NCBI GenBank assembly: GCA_963575745.1 | Contig: CAUYUJ010000229.1 | Location: forward strand, 1 to 64,000 | Reading direction: 5' to 3' | DNA length: 64,000 nucleotides | Source: Prorocentrum cordatum | Lineage: Eukaryota | Part shown: one piece after another, positions 52,801 through 64,000 of the stretch | Position numbering within the stretch: position 1 is the stretch's first letter | How the letters are laid out: every line of letters begins with the position of its first letter | Made by a program: the position numbers and the translations under genes | Notes under the pieces: model-generated | Databases searched by the model: none | What the model saw: the letters and a program-made list of their open reading frames with translations, nothing else | What the model was told of the DNA's origin: nothing

Positions 52801-52977
52801 CTTCCACACATTGCGAGCCTCATGCTTGAGCTAAAGTGTCTCGAGTATCCCTGGGAGGCTCTCCGGCGTGCGGTTGACAGAGTTTGTTCTAAGCATCCGT
52901 ACTTGTCCTGCATCCGGGTTGCGTTGACAGCTGCTCAAGAGAAATGGACACGTTGCAATAACCCACGTGCGGATTAA
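49885..52977 (+). pseudogene. Frameshifted EN-RT ORF of the Penelope-like element (pieces 49885-50262, 50067-50582, ~50535-50585, 50583-50700, 50699-51775, 51673-52977)
   Basis: HVVCAWL...MYVGKTNR...RMREH; QIPAYYKMR; LEKRFIHARRPQLN; CTC...GHVC; VSPVDK. About five frame changes are needed to join them. Confidence 0.75.
51673..52977 (+). CDS. Reverse transcriptase domain (PLE/telomerase-like, with a long insertion between motifs A and B')
   Basis: WPK...KVRPL, KRDIDNFFNNV, GMTQGSNLSP, RWVDDIF, FVG, and a thumb-like ELKCLEYP. Confidence 0.85.
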   Translation: MWPKASSLHLKVRPLGSYAKHCMRSYFSLACRALNFMTTNLCPESISVTAAEKVVSKFHNFSVDCVDKCSRGFTPSYVPFKRDIDNFFNNVPRNLISKALSWVVARWYEVHGSRRRFIRLPRLYRYAPRHRESPHCFTRAFKGHVRNLARANMPKPSPHNCRVVSADDYVLRVHDIVPVVNADLDSGFLHFGKGLFVPTVGMTQGSNLSPGVCNMVCCFLEFERMRLPPHVPCDGIQFVTMMIARWVDDIFGVLRFWHQAHQSAPDVRALSDQFIESLMGIYSQAVHSRIRKKRTHECLKLKVEDPAVFVGFNVGTAPHVSLSPHSKNGDLFHAAVVCAPFPRFQSWHSNRPLSEKVGSVQGLLVQCVDRCLNVDPLPHIASLMLELKCLEYPWEALRRAVDRVCSKHPYLSCIRVALTAAQEKWTRCNNPRAD

Positions 52978-55628
52978 GCATCCGCTTGAGGGCTCCGTGT
53001 GTGTTCGCGTGTGTGGTGGCGTACTGCTCTCCATGCTTCCGTCTATCCTTCAAGTTTTGCGCTGCTTGCTCTTTCCTCCCCTTTCCTCCTTGTTTGCTTT
53101 TATTGTATGATTGTGTGTTTCGTGCTCGTGTTCATATTTTTGTACATTCACATTCCGTCTGGCCGTAATGCTAGCCGGGCCCTGCGGATGATTCTTGCTA
53201 GAACCTCCGGCCGTGTTCGTGAAGCCATGGCAAGTTGATTGCTGCGGCGTGGCTCCCATTCCCACGTGCATGTATATACTAGCGAAAGTAAGTCGAGCCG
53301 AATTCACGCATGTAATTAATATGTTTGTGTACTTTGCTTTCTGTGTGTGTGTCGTGCATGCGCATTCGCACTGTTGGCATCTGCTCAGGCTACAGCTCGA
53401 TGAAGTAGTCATCTCATCATCTCATCTCATCATCGCTGGAGAGCTAGTTGGCAAGAAAAATCTCGACGGAACTTTTGCTGATTTTGCTCGGTTGAAAATG
53501 TTGTTCTCGAAATTTAACAATTCGTTTGAGCTCTAGTATTTTTTCCCATGATATTCGATCTTATTCCTGCTCGCCATCTTGATCTGAGCTCGATCGGGTT
53601 GCGCGCTCTCGATATATTGGACTTAACTCGAGATACAGGACAGCTACAGAGCTGGTAAGCACACCTTATCGATTCAGAATGATCAGGCGCGTTTGCCTGT
53701 TGCATCAAGAGGTCTGAACTCGGTCTGCTAGCCGAGCTAGGTCCGCAAACCTATTCGTATTATTCGAGTCACCTTGACAGGCGCTCTCGGTTTTTTGTAC
53801 CCAACTCGAGCTATGCGACAGCTACAGAGCTGATACTTACAGAAACCGATTTGGAATAATCAGTCGCGTTTGTTTGTTGAATACAGAGCTCTGAACTCGG
53901 TCTACTGCCCGATCTAGAATCGCGAAACTATTCGTATTCTTCGAGTCATCTTGAGAGGTGCTGTCGGTTTTCTGTACTTAACTCGGGCTGTAGGGGGGCT
54001 ACCTGGTAAGCACAGGAATGGATTTGAAGACATCAGGCGCGTCCGCATGTCGAATCCAGAGCTCGAATCTCGGTCGGCTGCCCGAACTAGGTCCGCAAAA
54101 CTATTCGTATTGTTCGAGTCATCCTGAGAGCTGTCGGTTTTCTGCACTTAACTCGGGTTGTAGCGCGGCTGCAGGGCTGGTAATCACAGGAATCGATTCG
54201 AAGACATCAGGCGCGTCCGCCTGTCGAATCCAGCTCTGAACTCGGTCTGATACTCGGGCCAGGTTTGCCAAGCTATTCATACTGTTCGAGTTATCTTCAG
54301 AGGTGCTGTCGATTTACGCACGTAACTCGGGCTGTAGGAGAGCTACAGAGCTCGTACAGAAGACAATTCAGAAGCATCGGGGGCGTTCCGTGGGCTGAAA
54401 CACTATTCGTTCTCTGCATTTTGTTTTCATTATATATTGTCAGGAAGCTCTACGAGTCCCCCGGCGGTGAGGAAGGTTGACGGTTTACCGCCGGCGCCCA
54501 GTTTTACGCGTGGCAGGAGCTCTACGAGGTCCCCGGCGGTGACCAGGTTGACAGTTTACCGCCGGCGCCAGTCCCGGGGCGCTGGAGAGCTAGTTGGCAA
54601 GAAAAATCTCGACGGACCTGCTGACTTTTTGGTCGGTTGAAAATTTTGTTCTCGAAATTCAACCATAAGTGAGAGCTCTAGTATTCGTTCCCGTGATATT
54701 CGATATTATTCCCGCTCGCCATCTTGCTCTCAGCTCGATCGGGTACCTTTTACTGCCAAAAAGCGTCCAGGCGGGATCGGCCGTTTCGATTCATCTTGAT
54801 ACGCGCTGTCCGTCTATTGGACTTAACTCGAGATACAGGACAGCAAGAGAGCTGGTAAGCACACCTTATCGGTTCATAATCATCAGGCGCGCTCGTCTGT
54901 TGTTTCTAGATGTCTGAACTCGGTCTGCTAGCCGAGCTAGGTCCGTAAACCTATTCGTATCATTCGATTCATCTTGACAGGCGCTCTCTGTTTTCTGTAC
55001 TTAACTCGAGCTATAGAAAATGCACAGAGCTCATACTTACAGAGCTCTGAACTCGGTCTGCTGCCCGATGTAGAATCGTTTTCTGCACTTAACTCGGGCT
55101 GTAGGGGGGCTACAGTGCTACTAATCACAGGAATCGATTCAAGGAGACATCAGACGCGGTCTGAACTCGGTCTGATACTCGAGCTGGATTTGCGAACTAT
55201 TCGCTTTGTTCGAGTTATCTTGAGAGATGCTGTCGCTTTACGCGCGTAAGGGCCGTAGGAGAGCTACAGAGCTCGTACAGAAGACAATCCAGAAGCATCG
55301 GGGGCGTTCGGCTGTTGCATCGAGAGGTCTGAAATCGCTTGGGCTGAAAAACTATTCGTTCTCTGCAATTTTTCTTCGACATTATATATTGTCAGAATCT
55401 CTACGAGTCTCCCGGCGGTAAGGAAGGTTGACGGTTTACCACCGGCGCCCAGTTTTGCGGACCTAGCCCGAGTAGCAAACCCAGTTCAGACCTCTGGATG
55501 CACAGACAAATGCGCATCATAATTCCGAATCAGTTTCTGTGTGTATCAGGTCTGTAGCTCCCCTGCAGCCCGAGTTGCGTGCGAAAACCGACAACGCCTC
55601 TCAAGATGACCCGAACGATACGAATAGT

Positions 55629-56025
55629 ACCTCGTAGAGCTCTTCGTTAAGGATGAGCTAGAGGAATTCCGGCGCGGGGTGGAGCTAGTTGGTCGATCTG
55701 GCCAGAAAAGAAGATGTGGTAACTTTGGGTTGGTTTTGCTAAGATTTGAAAGATATTTGACAATTCATGTTGAGAAACCAGATTTTTCGCACCTGTAGAC
55801 GACTGTGAGGGCCTCTGTGTCTTAATATGAGCTCTGTAGGCGCACTTTTACTATCAAAACACTTGGAGGAACCAACTTTATGTCGACATGAAGAAAATGA
55901 ATGTTCAATTTTTCAAGAAATGCCTCCAGAAGCTCTCTCCTTCCACTCTGAGCATTCTCACGCGTGGAAGGAGCTCTACGAGGTTTCCGGCGGTGACCAG
56001 GTTGACGGTTCACCGCCGGTGCCAG
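55629..56025 (+). mobile_element. Family B full-length non-autonomous element (~400 bp)
   Basis: 5' ACCTCGTAGAGCTC and 3' GAGCTCTACGAGGT, then the hairpin CCGGCGGTGA...TCACCGCCGG and CCAG. Confidence 0.8.
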
Positions 56026-56121
56026 TGACTCGTAGAGCTTCCCTAAGCTAGCAGCTGGAAGCGTAAGAGTAATTCGGACGCACTGGCGAGCTAGTTGGCA
56101 AGAAACATCTCGACGGAACTA

Positions 56122-57309
56122 ACTCGTAGAGCTTCCCGTAGCAAGTTATTGCTGGAAGCTTAAGAGTAATTCCGGGGCGCTGGAGAGCTAGTTGGGCAGA
56201 AAAATCTCGACGGACCTTTTGGTGACTTTTGGTCGGTTGAAAATTTTGTTCTCAAAATTTGAACATTCGTTAGAGCTCTAGTATTTTTCCCATGATATTC
56301 GATCTTATTTCCGCTCGCCATCTTGATCTCAGCTCGATCGGGTACCTTTTACTGCCAAAAAGCAGGCAGGCGGGATCGGCCGTTTCAAGTCATCTTGACA
56401 CGTGATGACGGTTTTCTGAACATAACTCGAGCTTTAGGACAGCTACAGAGCTGGTAAGCACAGCTAATCGATTCAGAATGATCAGGCGCGTTCACCTGTT
56501 GAATCCAGAGGTCTGAACTCGGTCTGCTAGCCGAGATAGGTCCGCAAACCTATTCGTATTATTCGAGTCATCTTGATAGACGCTCTCGGTTTTCTGTACC
56601 TAACTCGATCTATAGGACAGCTACAGAGTTGATACTTACAGAAACCGATTCAGAATCATCAGTCGGATTTGTCTGTTGAGTCCATAGCTCTGAACTCGGC
56701 CTGCTGCCCGATCTAGAATCGCGAGACAATTCGTATTGTTTGAGTCATCTTAAGAAGTGCTCTCGGTTTCCTGCACTCAACTCTGGCTGGGGGGGGCTAC
56801 AGTGAAGACATCAGGCGCGTCCGCCTGTCGAATCCAGAGCTCGGAACTCGGTCTGCCCGAACTAGGTCCGCGAAACTCTTGTATTGTTCGAGTCATCCTG
56901 AGAGGTGCTGTCGGTTGCCTGCACTTAACTCGGGCTGTAGGGCGGCTGCAGGGCTGGTAATCACAGGAGTCGATTCGCAGACATCAGACGCGTCCGCCCG
57001 TCGCATATAGAGGTCTGAACTCGGTTTGATACTCGAGCTGGGTTGCCAAACTATTCTTTTTGTTAGGGAGTCATCTTGAGAAATGCTGTCGATTTACGCA
57101 CGTAGCTCGGGCTGTAGGAGAGCTCCAGAGCTCGCAAAGAAGACAATCCAGAAGCATCGGGGGCGTTTGCCTGTTGCATCGAGAGGTCTGAAATCGACTG
57201 GGCTGAAAACATATTCGTTCTCTTCATTTTTTCCACATTATATATTGTCAGGAAGTTCTACGAGTCCCCCGGCGGTAAGGAAGGTTGACGGTTTACCGCC
57301 GGCGCCCAG
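56122..57309 (+). mobile_element. Family A full-length non-autonomous element
   Basis: Both subterminal inverted repeats and the 3' hairpin. Confidence 0.8.
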
Positions 57310-58409
57310 TTTTGATGAGTTTTGCTCAGTTGACAATTATGTTTTCAAAATTTGAACATTCGTTTTTTTTCCCCGTGATATTCGATCTTATTCCCGCTCG
57401 CCATCTTGATGTCAGCTCGATCGGGTGAATATTACTATCGAAAAGCACTGTGGCGGGATCGGCCGTTTCGAGTCATCTTGATACGCGCTGTCGGTGTATT
57501 GGACTTAACTCGAGATACAGGACAGCTACAGAGCTGGTAAGCACACCTTATCGATTCAGAATGATCAGCCGCGTTCATCTGTTGCATCCAGAGGTGTGAA
57601 CTCGGTCTGCTAGCCGAGCTAGGTCCGCAAACCTATTTGTATTATTCGAGTCATCTTGACAGGCGTTCTCGGTTTTCTGTACTTAACTCGAGCTATATGT
57701 CAGCTACAGAACTGATACTTAGAGAAACTGATTAATGATCATCAGTCGCGTTTGTCTGTTGAATTCAGAGCTTTGAAATCGGTCTGCTGCCCGATCCAGA
57801 ATCGCGAAAATATTCGTATTGTTCGAGTCATCTTGAGAGATGCGGTCGGTTTTCTGTACTTAACTCGAGCTGTACAGGGGCTACAGTGCTGGTAGTCACA
57901 GATCACAGAAATCGATTCGGAGACATCAGAGGCGTCTGCCCGTTCAATCCAGAGCTCGGAACTCGGTCTGCTGCCCGAACTGGGTCCGCGAAACTATTTG
58001 TATTGTTCGAGTCATCCTGAGAGGTGCTGTCGGTTTTCTGCACTTAACTGAGGCTGTATGGGGCTACAGGGCTGGTAATGAGAGGAATCGATTCAGAAAC
58101 ATCAGACGCGTCCGCCTGTCGCATTCCGAGGCTGAACTCGGTCTGATACTCGAGCTAGGTTTGCCAACTATTCCTGTTGTTCGAGTCATCTTGAGAGGTG
58201 TTGTCGATTTGCACGTAACTCGGGCTGTAGGAGAGCTACAGAGCTCGCAAAGAAGACAATCCAGAAGCATCGGGGGCGTTCGGCTAAATCGCTTGGGCTG
58301 AAAACTATACGTTCTCTGCAATTCTGTTTTCAACATTATATATTGTCAGGAAGCTCTACGAGTCCCCCGGCGGTAAGAAAGGTTGACGGTTTACCGCCGG
58401 CGCCCAGTG

Positions 58410-59225
58410 ACTCGTAGAGCTTCCCTAAGCTAGCAGCTGGAAGCTTAAGAGTAATTCGGACGCACTGGCGGGCTAGTTGGCTCGAAAAATCTCGACGGAA
58501 CTTTTGGTGACTTTTGCTCAGTTGAAAATTATGTTCTCAAAATTGGAACATTCGTTAGAGCCTTAGTATTTTTTCCCGTGATCTATGATCTTAGTGCGAC
58601 TCGCCATCTTGATGTCAGCTCGATCGGGTGAATATTACTATCGAAAAGCACTGTGGCGGGATCGGTTGGCGAGTGCTATGTTGGTAGGTGCTGCCGGTTT
58701 TCTCAACTTAACACGAGCTATAGGCAAGCTACAGAGATGGCGAGCACAGCTTTCGGATTCAGACTGATGATGCGCGTCTAGATGTGGCGGGAGAATGTTC
58801 AGCGCTGAATATGTAAGAAGTTATGATCGAAAGACCTCTTTGCATGAGTACTACACTTGATTGTGTGATGTGGTTTTCTCAACTTAACTCGAGCTGTAGG
58901 GCAGCTACAGAGCTCTTAGGCACAGCAGACGACTCAGAATCATCATTCGCGTCTGCTCATTGCGCCAGAACTCTCGAAGTCAGCTAGAATTCGAGAATCG
59001 ATTGAACAACTTATTCACTATGAGTCGGAATGTTGGTAGGTGCTCTCGGTTTTTTCAGCTTAACTCGAGGTGTAGGCAAGCTACAGAGCTCTCAGGCACA
59101 GCAGGCGGCTCAGAATGATCATGCGCACATGCTATTCATATATATATATATATATATATATGGCAAGGAAGCTCTACGAGTCTCCCGGCAGTAACCAAGG
59201 TTGACGGTTTACCGCCGGCGCCCAG
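58410..59225 (+). mobile_element. Family A variant with divergent internal repeats and a (TA)n tract at ~59138-59161
   Basis: Family A termini; the interior is shared with 59308-60318. Confidence 0.75.
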
Positions 59226-59307
59226 TAGCCCTTTCCTCTCCGGGCTTTGGACGCTACCAAGTAACTCGTAGAGCTTCCCTAAGCTAGCAGCTGGAAGCTT
59301 AAGAGTG

Positions 59308-60318
59308 ACTCGTAGAGCTTCCCTAAGCTAGCAGCTGGAAGCTTAAGAGTAATTCGGACGCACTGGCGGGCTAGTTGGCTCGAAAAATCTCGACGGAACT
59401 TTTGGTGACTTTTGCTCAGTTGAAAATTATGTTCTCAAAATTGGAACATTCGTTAGAGCTCTAGTATTTTTTCCGTGATCTATGATCTTAGTGCGACTCG
59501 CCATCTTGATGTCAGCTCGATCGGGTGAATATTACTATTGAAAAGCACTGTGGCGGGATCGGGTGGCGAGTGCTATGTTGGTAGGTGCTGTCGGTTTTCT
59601 CAACTTAACTCGAGCTATAGGCAAGCTACAGAGATGGCAAGCACAGCTTTGTGATTCAGAATGATGATGCGCGTCTACATGTGGCGGGAGAATGTTCAGC
59701 GCTGGATATGTAAGAAGTTAGGATCGAACAACCTCTTTGCATGAGTACTATACTTGATTGTTTGATTTGGCTTTCTCAACTTAACTCGAGCTGTAGGGCA
59801 GCTACAGAGCTCTTAGGCACAGCAGACGACTCAGAATCATCATGCGCGTCTGCTCATTGCGCCAGAGCTCTCGAAGTGAGCTAGAATTCGAGAATCGATT
59901 GAACAACTTATTCACTATGAGACGGAATGTTGGTAGGTGCTCTCGGTTTTTTCAACTTAACTCGAGCTGTAGGCAAGCTACAGAGCTCTCAGTGACAGCA
60001 GGCGGCTCAGAATGATCATGCGCGTCTGCTCATTGCGCGCGAGCTTCCATTATGAGCTAGAATTCGAGAAACCATTCAAAACATATTCACTATGAGTCGG
60101 AATGTTGGTAGGTGCTGTCGGTTTTCTCAACTTAACTCGAGCTGTAGGGCAGCTACAGAGCTCTCAGGCACAGCAGGCGACTCAGAATGATCATGCGCGT
60201 CTGCTCATTGCGCGCGAGCTCCCGCCATGAGCTAGAATTCGAGAAACGATTGAAAAAAAGGAAGCTATACGAGTCTCCCGGCGGTAACCAAGGTTGACGG
60301 TTTACCGCCGGCGCCCAG
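59308..60318 (+). mobile_element. Family A variant, second copy
   Basis: Family A termini; the interior is similar to 58410-59225. Confidence 0.75.
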
Positions 60319-61490
60319 TAATTCGGACGCACTGGCGGGCTAGTTGGCTCGAAAAATCTCGACGGAACTTTTGGTGACTTTTGCTCAGTTGAAAATTTTG
60401 TTCTCAAAATTTGAACATTCGTTAGAGCTCTAGTATTTTTTCCCATGATATTCGATCTTATTCCCGCTCGCCATCTTGATCTCAGCTCGATCGGGTGAAT
60501 ATTACTATCGAAAAGCACTGTGGCGGGATCGGCCGTTTCAAGTCATTTTGATACGCGATGACGGTTTTCCGAACATAACTCGAGCTTTAGGAGAGCCACA
60601 GAGCTGGTAAGCACAGCTAATCGATTCAGAATGATCAGGCGCGTTCGCCTGTTGAATCGAGAGGTCTGAACTCGGCATGCTAGCCGAGCTAGGTTCGCAA
60701 ACCTATTCGTATTATTCGAGTTATCTTGACAGACACTCTCGGTTTTATGTTCTAAACTCGAGCTGAAGGACAGCTACAGAGCTGATGCTTACAGAAACCG
60801 ATTCAGGATCATCAGTCGCATTTGTCTGTTGAATCCAGAGCTCTGAACTCGGTCTGCTGCCCGATCTAGTATCGCGAACCTATTTGTATTGTTTGAGTCA
60901 TCTTGAGAAGTGCTCTCGGTTTTCTGCACGCAACTCGGGCTGGGGGGGGGCTACAGTGCTGGTGGTCAGAGGAATCGATTTGAAGAAATCAGGCGCGTCC
61001 GCCTGTCGAATCTAGAGCTCGGAACTCGGTCTGCTGCCCAAACTAGGTCCGCGAAACTATTGTATTGTTCGAGTCATCCTGAGAGGTGCTGTCGGTTTTC
61101 TGCACTTAACTCGGGCTGCAGGGGGGCTGCTGGGCTGGTAATCACAGGAGTCGATTCGCAGACATCAGACGCGTCCGCCTGTCGCATTCAGAGGTCTGAA
61201 CTCGGTTTGATACTCGAGCTGGGATGCTAAACTATTCGTTTTGTTAGAGTCATCTTGAGAGGTGCTCTCGATTTTTGCACGTAACTCGGGCTGTAGGAGA
61301 GCTAAAGAGCTCGCAAAGAAGACAATCCAGAAGCATCGGGGGCGTTCGGCTGTTGCATCGAAAGGTCTGAAAATCGCTTGGGCCGAAAAACTATTCGTTC
61401 TCTCCATTTTCCCACATTATATATTGTCAGGAAGCTCTACGAGTCCCCCGGCGGTAACGAAGGTTGACGGTTTACCGCCGGCGCCCAGTA

Positions 61491-62708
61491 ACTCGTAGAG
61501 CTTCCCTTAGCCAGTTATTGCTGGAAGCTTAAGAGTAATTCCGGGGCGCTGGAGAGCTAGCTGGCAAGAAAAATCTCGACGGACCTTTTGGTGACTTTTG
61601 GTCGGTTGACAATTTTGTTCTCGAAATTCAACCATTCGTTAGAGCTCTAGTATTTTTTCCCGTGATATTCGATCTTATTCCCGCTGGCCATCTTGATCTC
61701 AGCTCGATCCGGTACCTTTTACTGCCAAAAAGCGTCCAGGCGGGATCGGCCGTTCCGAGTCATCTTGATACGCGCTCTCGGTATATTGGACTTGACTCGA
61801 GATACAGGACAGCTACAGAGCTGGTAAGCACACCTCATCGATTCAGAATGATCAGGCGCGTTCGTCTGTTGCATTCAGAGGTCTGAACTCGGTCTGCTAG
61901 CCGAGCTAGGTCCGCAAACCTATTCGTATTTTTCGAGTCATCTTGACAGGCGCTCTCGGTTTTTCTGTATTTAAGTCGAGCTATATGACAGCTACAGAGC
62001 TGATGCTTACAGAAACCGATTCAGAGTCATCAGTCGCGTTTTTCTGTTAAATCCACAGCTCTGAACTCGGTCTGCTGCCCGCTCTAGAATCGCGAAACTA
62101 TTCGTATTGTTCGAGTTATCTTGAGAGGTGCTGTCGGTTTTCTGTACTTAACTCGGGTTGTGGGGTGCTACAGTGCTGGTGGTCACAGGAATCGATTCGG
62201 AGACATCGGGCGCGTCCACCTGTCGAATTCAGAGCTCTGAACTCGGTCTGCTGCCCGAGCTAGGTCCGCGAAATTATTCGTATTGTTCGAGTCATCCTGA
62301 AATGCTGTCGGTTTTCTGCACTTGACTTGGGCTGTAGGGGGGCTGCAGGGCTGGTAATCACAGAAATCCATTCGGAGACATCAGACGCGTCCGCCTGTCG
62401 CATTCAGAGGGCTGAACTTGGTCTGATACTCGAGCTAGGTTTGCCAAACTATTCGTATTGGTCGAGTCATCTTTAGGGTTGCTGTCGATTTACGCACGTA
62501 ACTCGGGCTGTAGGAGAGCTACAGCGCTCGTACAGAAGAGAATCCAAAAGCATCGGGGGCGTTCGGCTGTTGCATCGAGAGGTTTGAAATCGCTTGGGCT
62601 GAAAAACTACTCGTTCTCTACAATTTTCTTTCGACATTATATATTGTCAGGAAGCTCTACGAGTCCCCCGGCGGTAAGAAAGGTTGACGGTTTACCGCCG
62701 GCGCCCAG
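61491..62708 (+). mobile_element. Family A full-length non-autonomous element (~1.2 kb)
   Basis: Begins 2 nt after the CCCAG end of the previous copy; both inverted repeats and the hairpin are intact. Confidence 0.82.
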
Positions 62709-64000
62709 TAAACGCTACCAAGTATCTCGTAGAGCTCTTCGTTACGGTGAGCGAAGAGGATTCCGGCGCGGGGTGACCTCGTGGAGCTTTTCGGCATCGA
62801 TGAGCTGGAGGAATCCCGGCGCGGGGTGGAGCTAGTGGTCGATCCGACCAGAAACAAAGTTACAACTTTGGATGGTTTTGCGAGCATACCTCGTAGAGCT
62901 CTTCGGCATCGATGAGCTAGAGGAATTCCGGCGCGGGGTGGAGCTAGTTGGCCGACCCGGCCAGAAAGGACAAAGTGGTAACTTTTGGGTGGTTTAGCGA
63001 AAAATTGAAGGATATTTGACAATTCATTTTGAGAAAACAGATTTCTCGCACCTGTAGTGGGTTTTGCCGCGTCCGCCAGTGCAATTTTCAGGTCCGTAGC
63101 TGCAGTATTACTATCAAAACACTTGGGGGAACCGACGTTGTATAAAAACAGAACGTGATTTTTCGAGTTTCTGAGGTCGAGCCGTGGGAGAAAAGAGCTC
63201 TACGAGAGCCCCGGCGGTAACCTGGTTGACGGTTTACCGCCGGTTCCCAGTTCGAAAGATATGTTTGCCATTTATTTTGAGAAAGAAGATTTTTCGCACC
63301 TGTGAACGACTATGAGAGTCTCTGCGTCTTGATATCAGCTCTGTAGGCGTACGTTTACGATCAAAACACTTGGCGTACCAACTTCATCTCGACATGATAA
63401 TATGAGTTATTACCTCGAGAAGTTATCTCTTTCGACTCTGAGCACTCTGACGCGTGAAAGGAGCTCTACGAGGGTCCCGGCGGTGACCAGGTTGACTGTT
63501 CCCTGCCGACGCCAGTCGAACCGCCCAGAAAAGACAAAGTAACTCGTAGAGCTTTCCTTAGCAAGTTGTTGCTGAAGCTTACGAGTAATTCTGGGGCGCT
63601 GGAGAGTTAGTTGGCAAGAAAAATGTCGACGGACCTTTTGCTGACTTTTAGTCGGTTGAACATTCTGTTCGAAATTGAACCCTCTGTTCGAGCTCCAGTA
63701 TTTTCCCGTGATGTTCGATCGTATTCCCGCTCGCCCTTTGCTCAACTCGGTCTGATACTCGAGCTGGGTTTGCCAAACTGTTCGTTCTGTTGGAGTCATC
63801 TTGAGAGGTGCTGTCGATTTACGCACGTAACTCGGGCTGTAGGACAGCTACAGAGCTACAGAGACAATCCAGAAGCATCGGGGGCGTTCGGCTGTTGGAT
63901 CGATTTGAAATCGCTTGGGCTGAACAACTATCGTTCTCTGCAATTTTTCCCGATATTATATATTGTCAGGAAGCTCTACGAGTCTCCCCGCTGTGAGAAA

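Larger units (their letters stand above)
49756..53433 (+). mobile_element. Penelope-like retroelement with N-terminal GIY-YIG endonuclease and C-terminal RT (Chlamys-like), probably 5'-truncated and decayed
   Basis: GIY-YIG motifs, CxC...GH linker, PVDK, RT motifs and a (CAT/CATCT)n 3' tail; unique sequence bounded by the Helentron-type repeats. Confidence 0.8.
37960..64000 (+). mobile_element. Nested cluster of non-autonomous Helentron-type (DINE-1/HINE-like) elements, at least two families, mostly in + orientation
   Basis: More than 25 copies of the 3' end AGCTCTACGAG...CCGGCGGT(A/G)A...GGTTGACGGTT(T/C)ACCGCCGGCGCC(C)AG|T, and 5' ends ACTCGTAGAGCTTCC or ACCTCGTAGAGCTC that are inverted copies of the 3' subterminal repeat. 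Confidence 0.85.

Noticed and set aside
52980..53433. Canonical hammerhead ribozyme in the Penelope-like element
   Set aside because: No CTGANGA...GAAA core with proper stems was found; CGGATGA at ~53185 lacks the downstream GAAA.
38138..63996. Short ORFs with recurring QDDSNNTN or KVDGLPPAP peptides
   Set aside because: Translations of non-coding repeat units; frames are not preserved between copies.
37960..64000. CRISPR-like or integron-like array of palindromic repeats
   Set aside because: The intervening sequences are long and mutually homologous rather than unique spacers or cassettes, and there is no cas or integrase gene.

Overview
Eukaryotic, repeat-dominated window with no recognisable ordinary host gene. 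A dinoflagellate origin is inferred from a spliced-leader-like GGCTCAAG, the GC-rich giant transposon ORF and the TGTGTCTG satellite; this is not proven. (1) 1-1407: an array of ~31-bp-stem hairpins, purine-rich repeats and a (GAC)n tract. (2) ~1594-22730: an uninterrupted 19.9-kb ORF (6624 aa), probably extended upstream by a frameshifted ORF. It encodes a giant Helitron-superfamily (Helentron/Helitron2-type) polyprotein with an HUH Rep, a PIF1 helicase, an EEP nuclease that looks TDP2-like, a USP protease and a degenerate Ulp1-like domain. Its N-terminal part holds two duplicated Cys...His papain-like modules, each followed by the same APWLRSVAGAPK motif (candidate self-cleavage site). These modules bracket a cargo of DUF4116 repeats and a domain resembling the aGPT-Pplase/5hmU-DNA modification family. 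(3) 22860-37960: ~15 kb of TG/TGTGTCTG satellite punctuated by nine conserved GC-rich hairpin islands, with a ~4.7-kb higher-order duplication. (4) 37960-64000: a dense nest of non-autonomous Helentron-type (DINE-1/HINE-like) elements with asymmetric subterminal inverted repeats, covarying 3' hairpins and ~180-bp internal tandem repeats. (5) ~49756-53433: a frameshifted Penelope-like retroelement with an N-terminal GIY-YIG nuclease (Chlamys-like). All domain calls come from motif reading by eye; no database searches were run.
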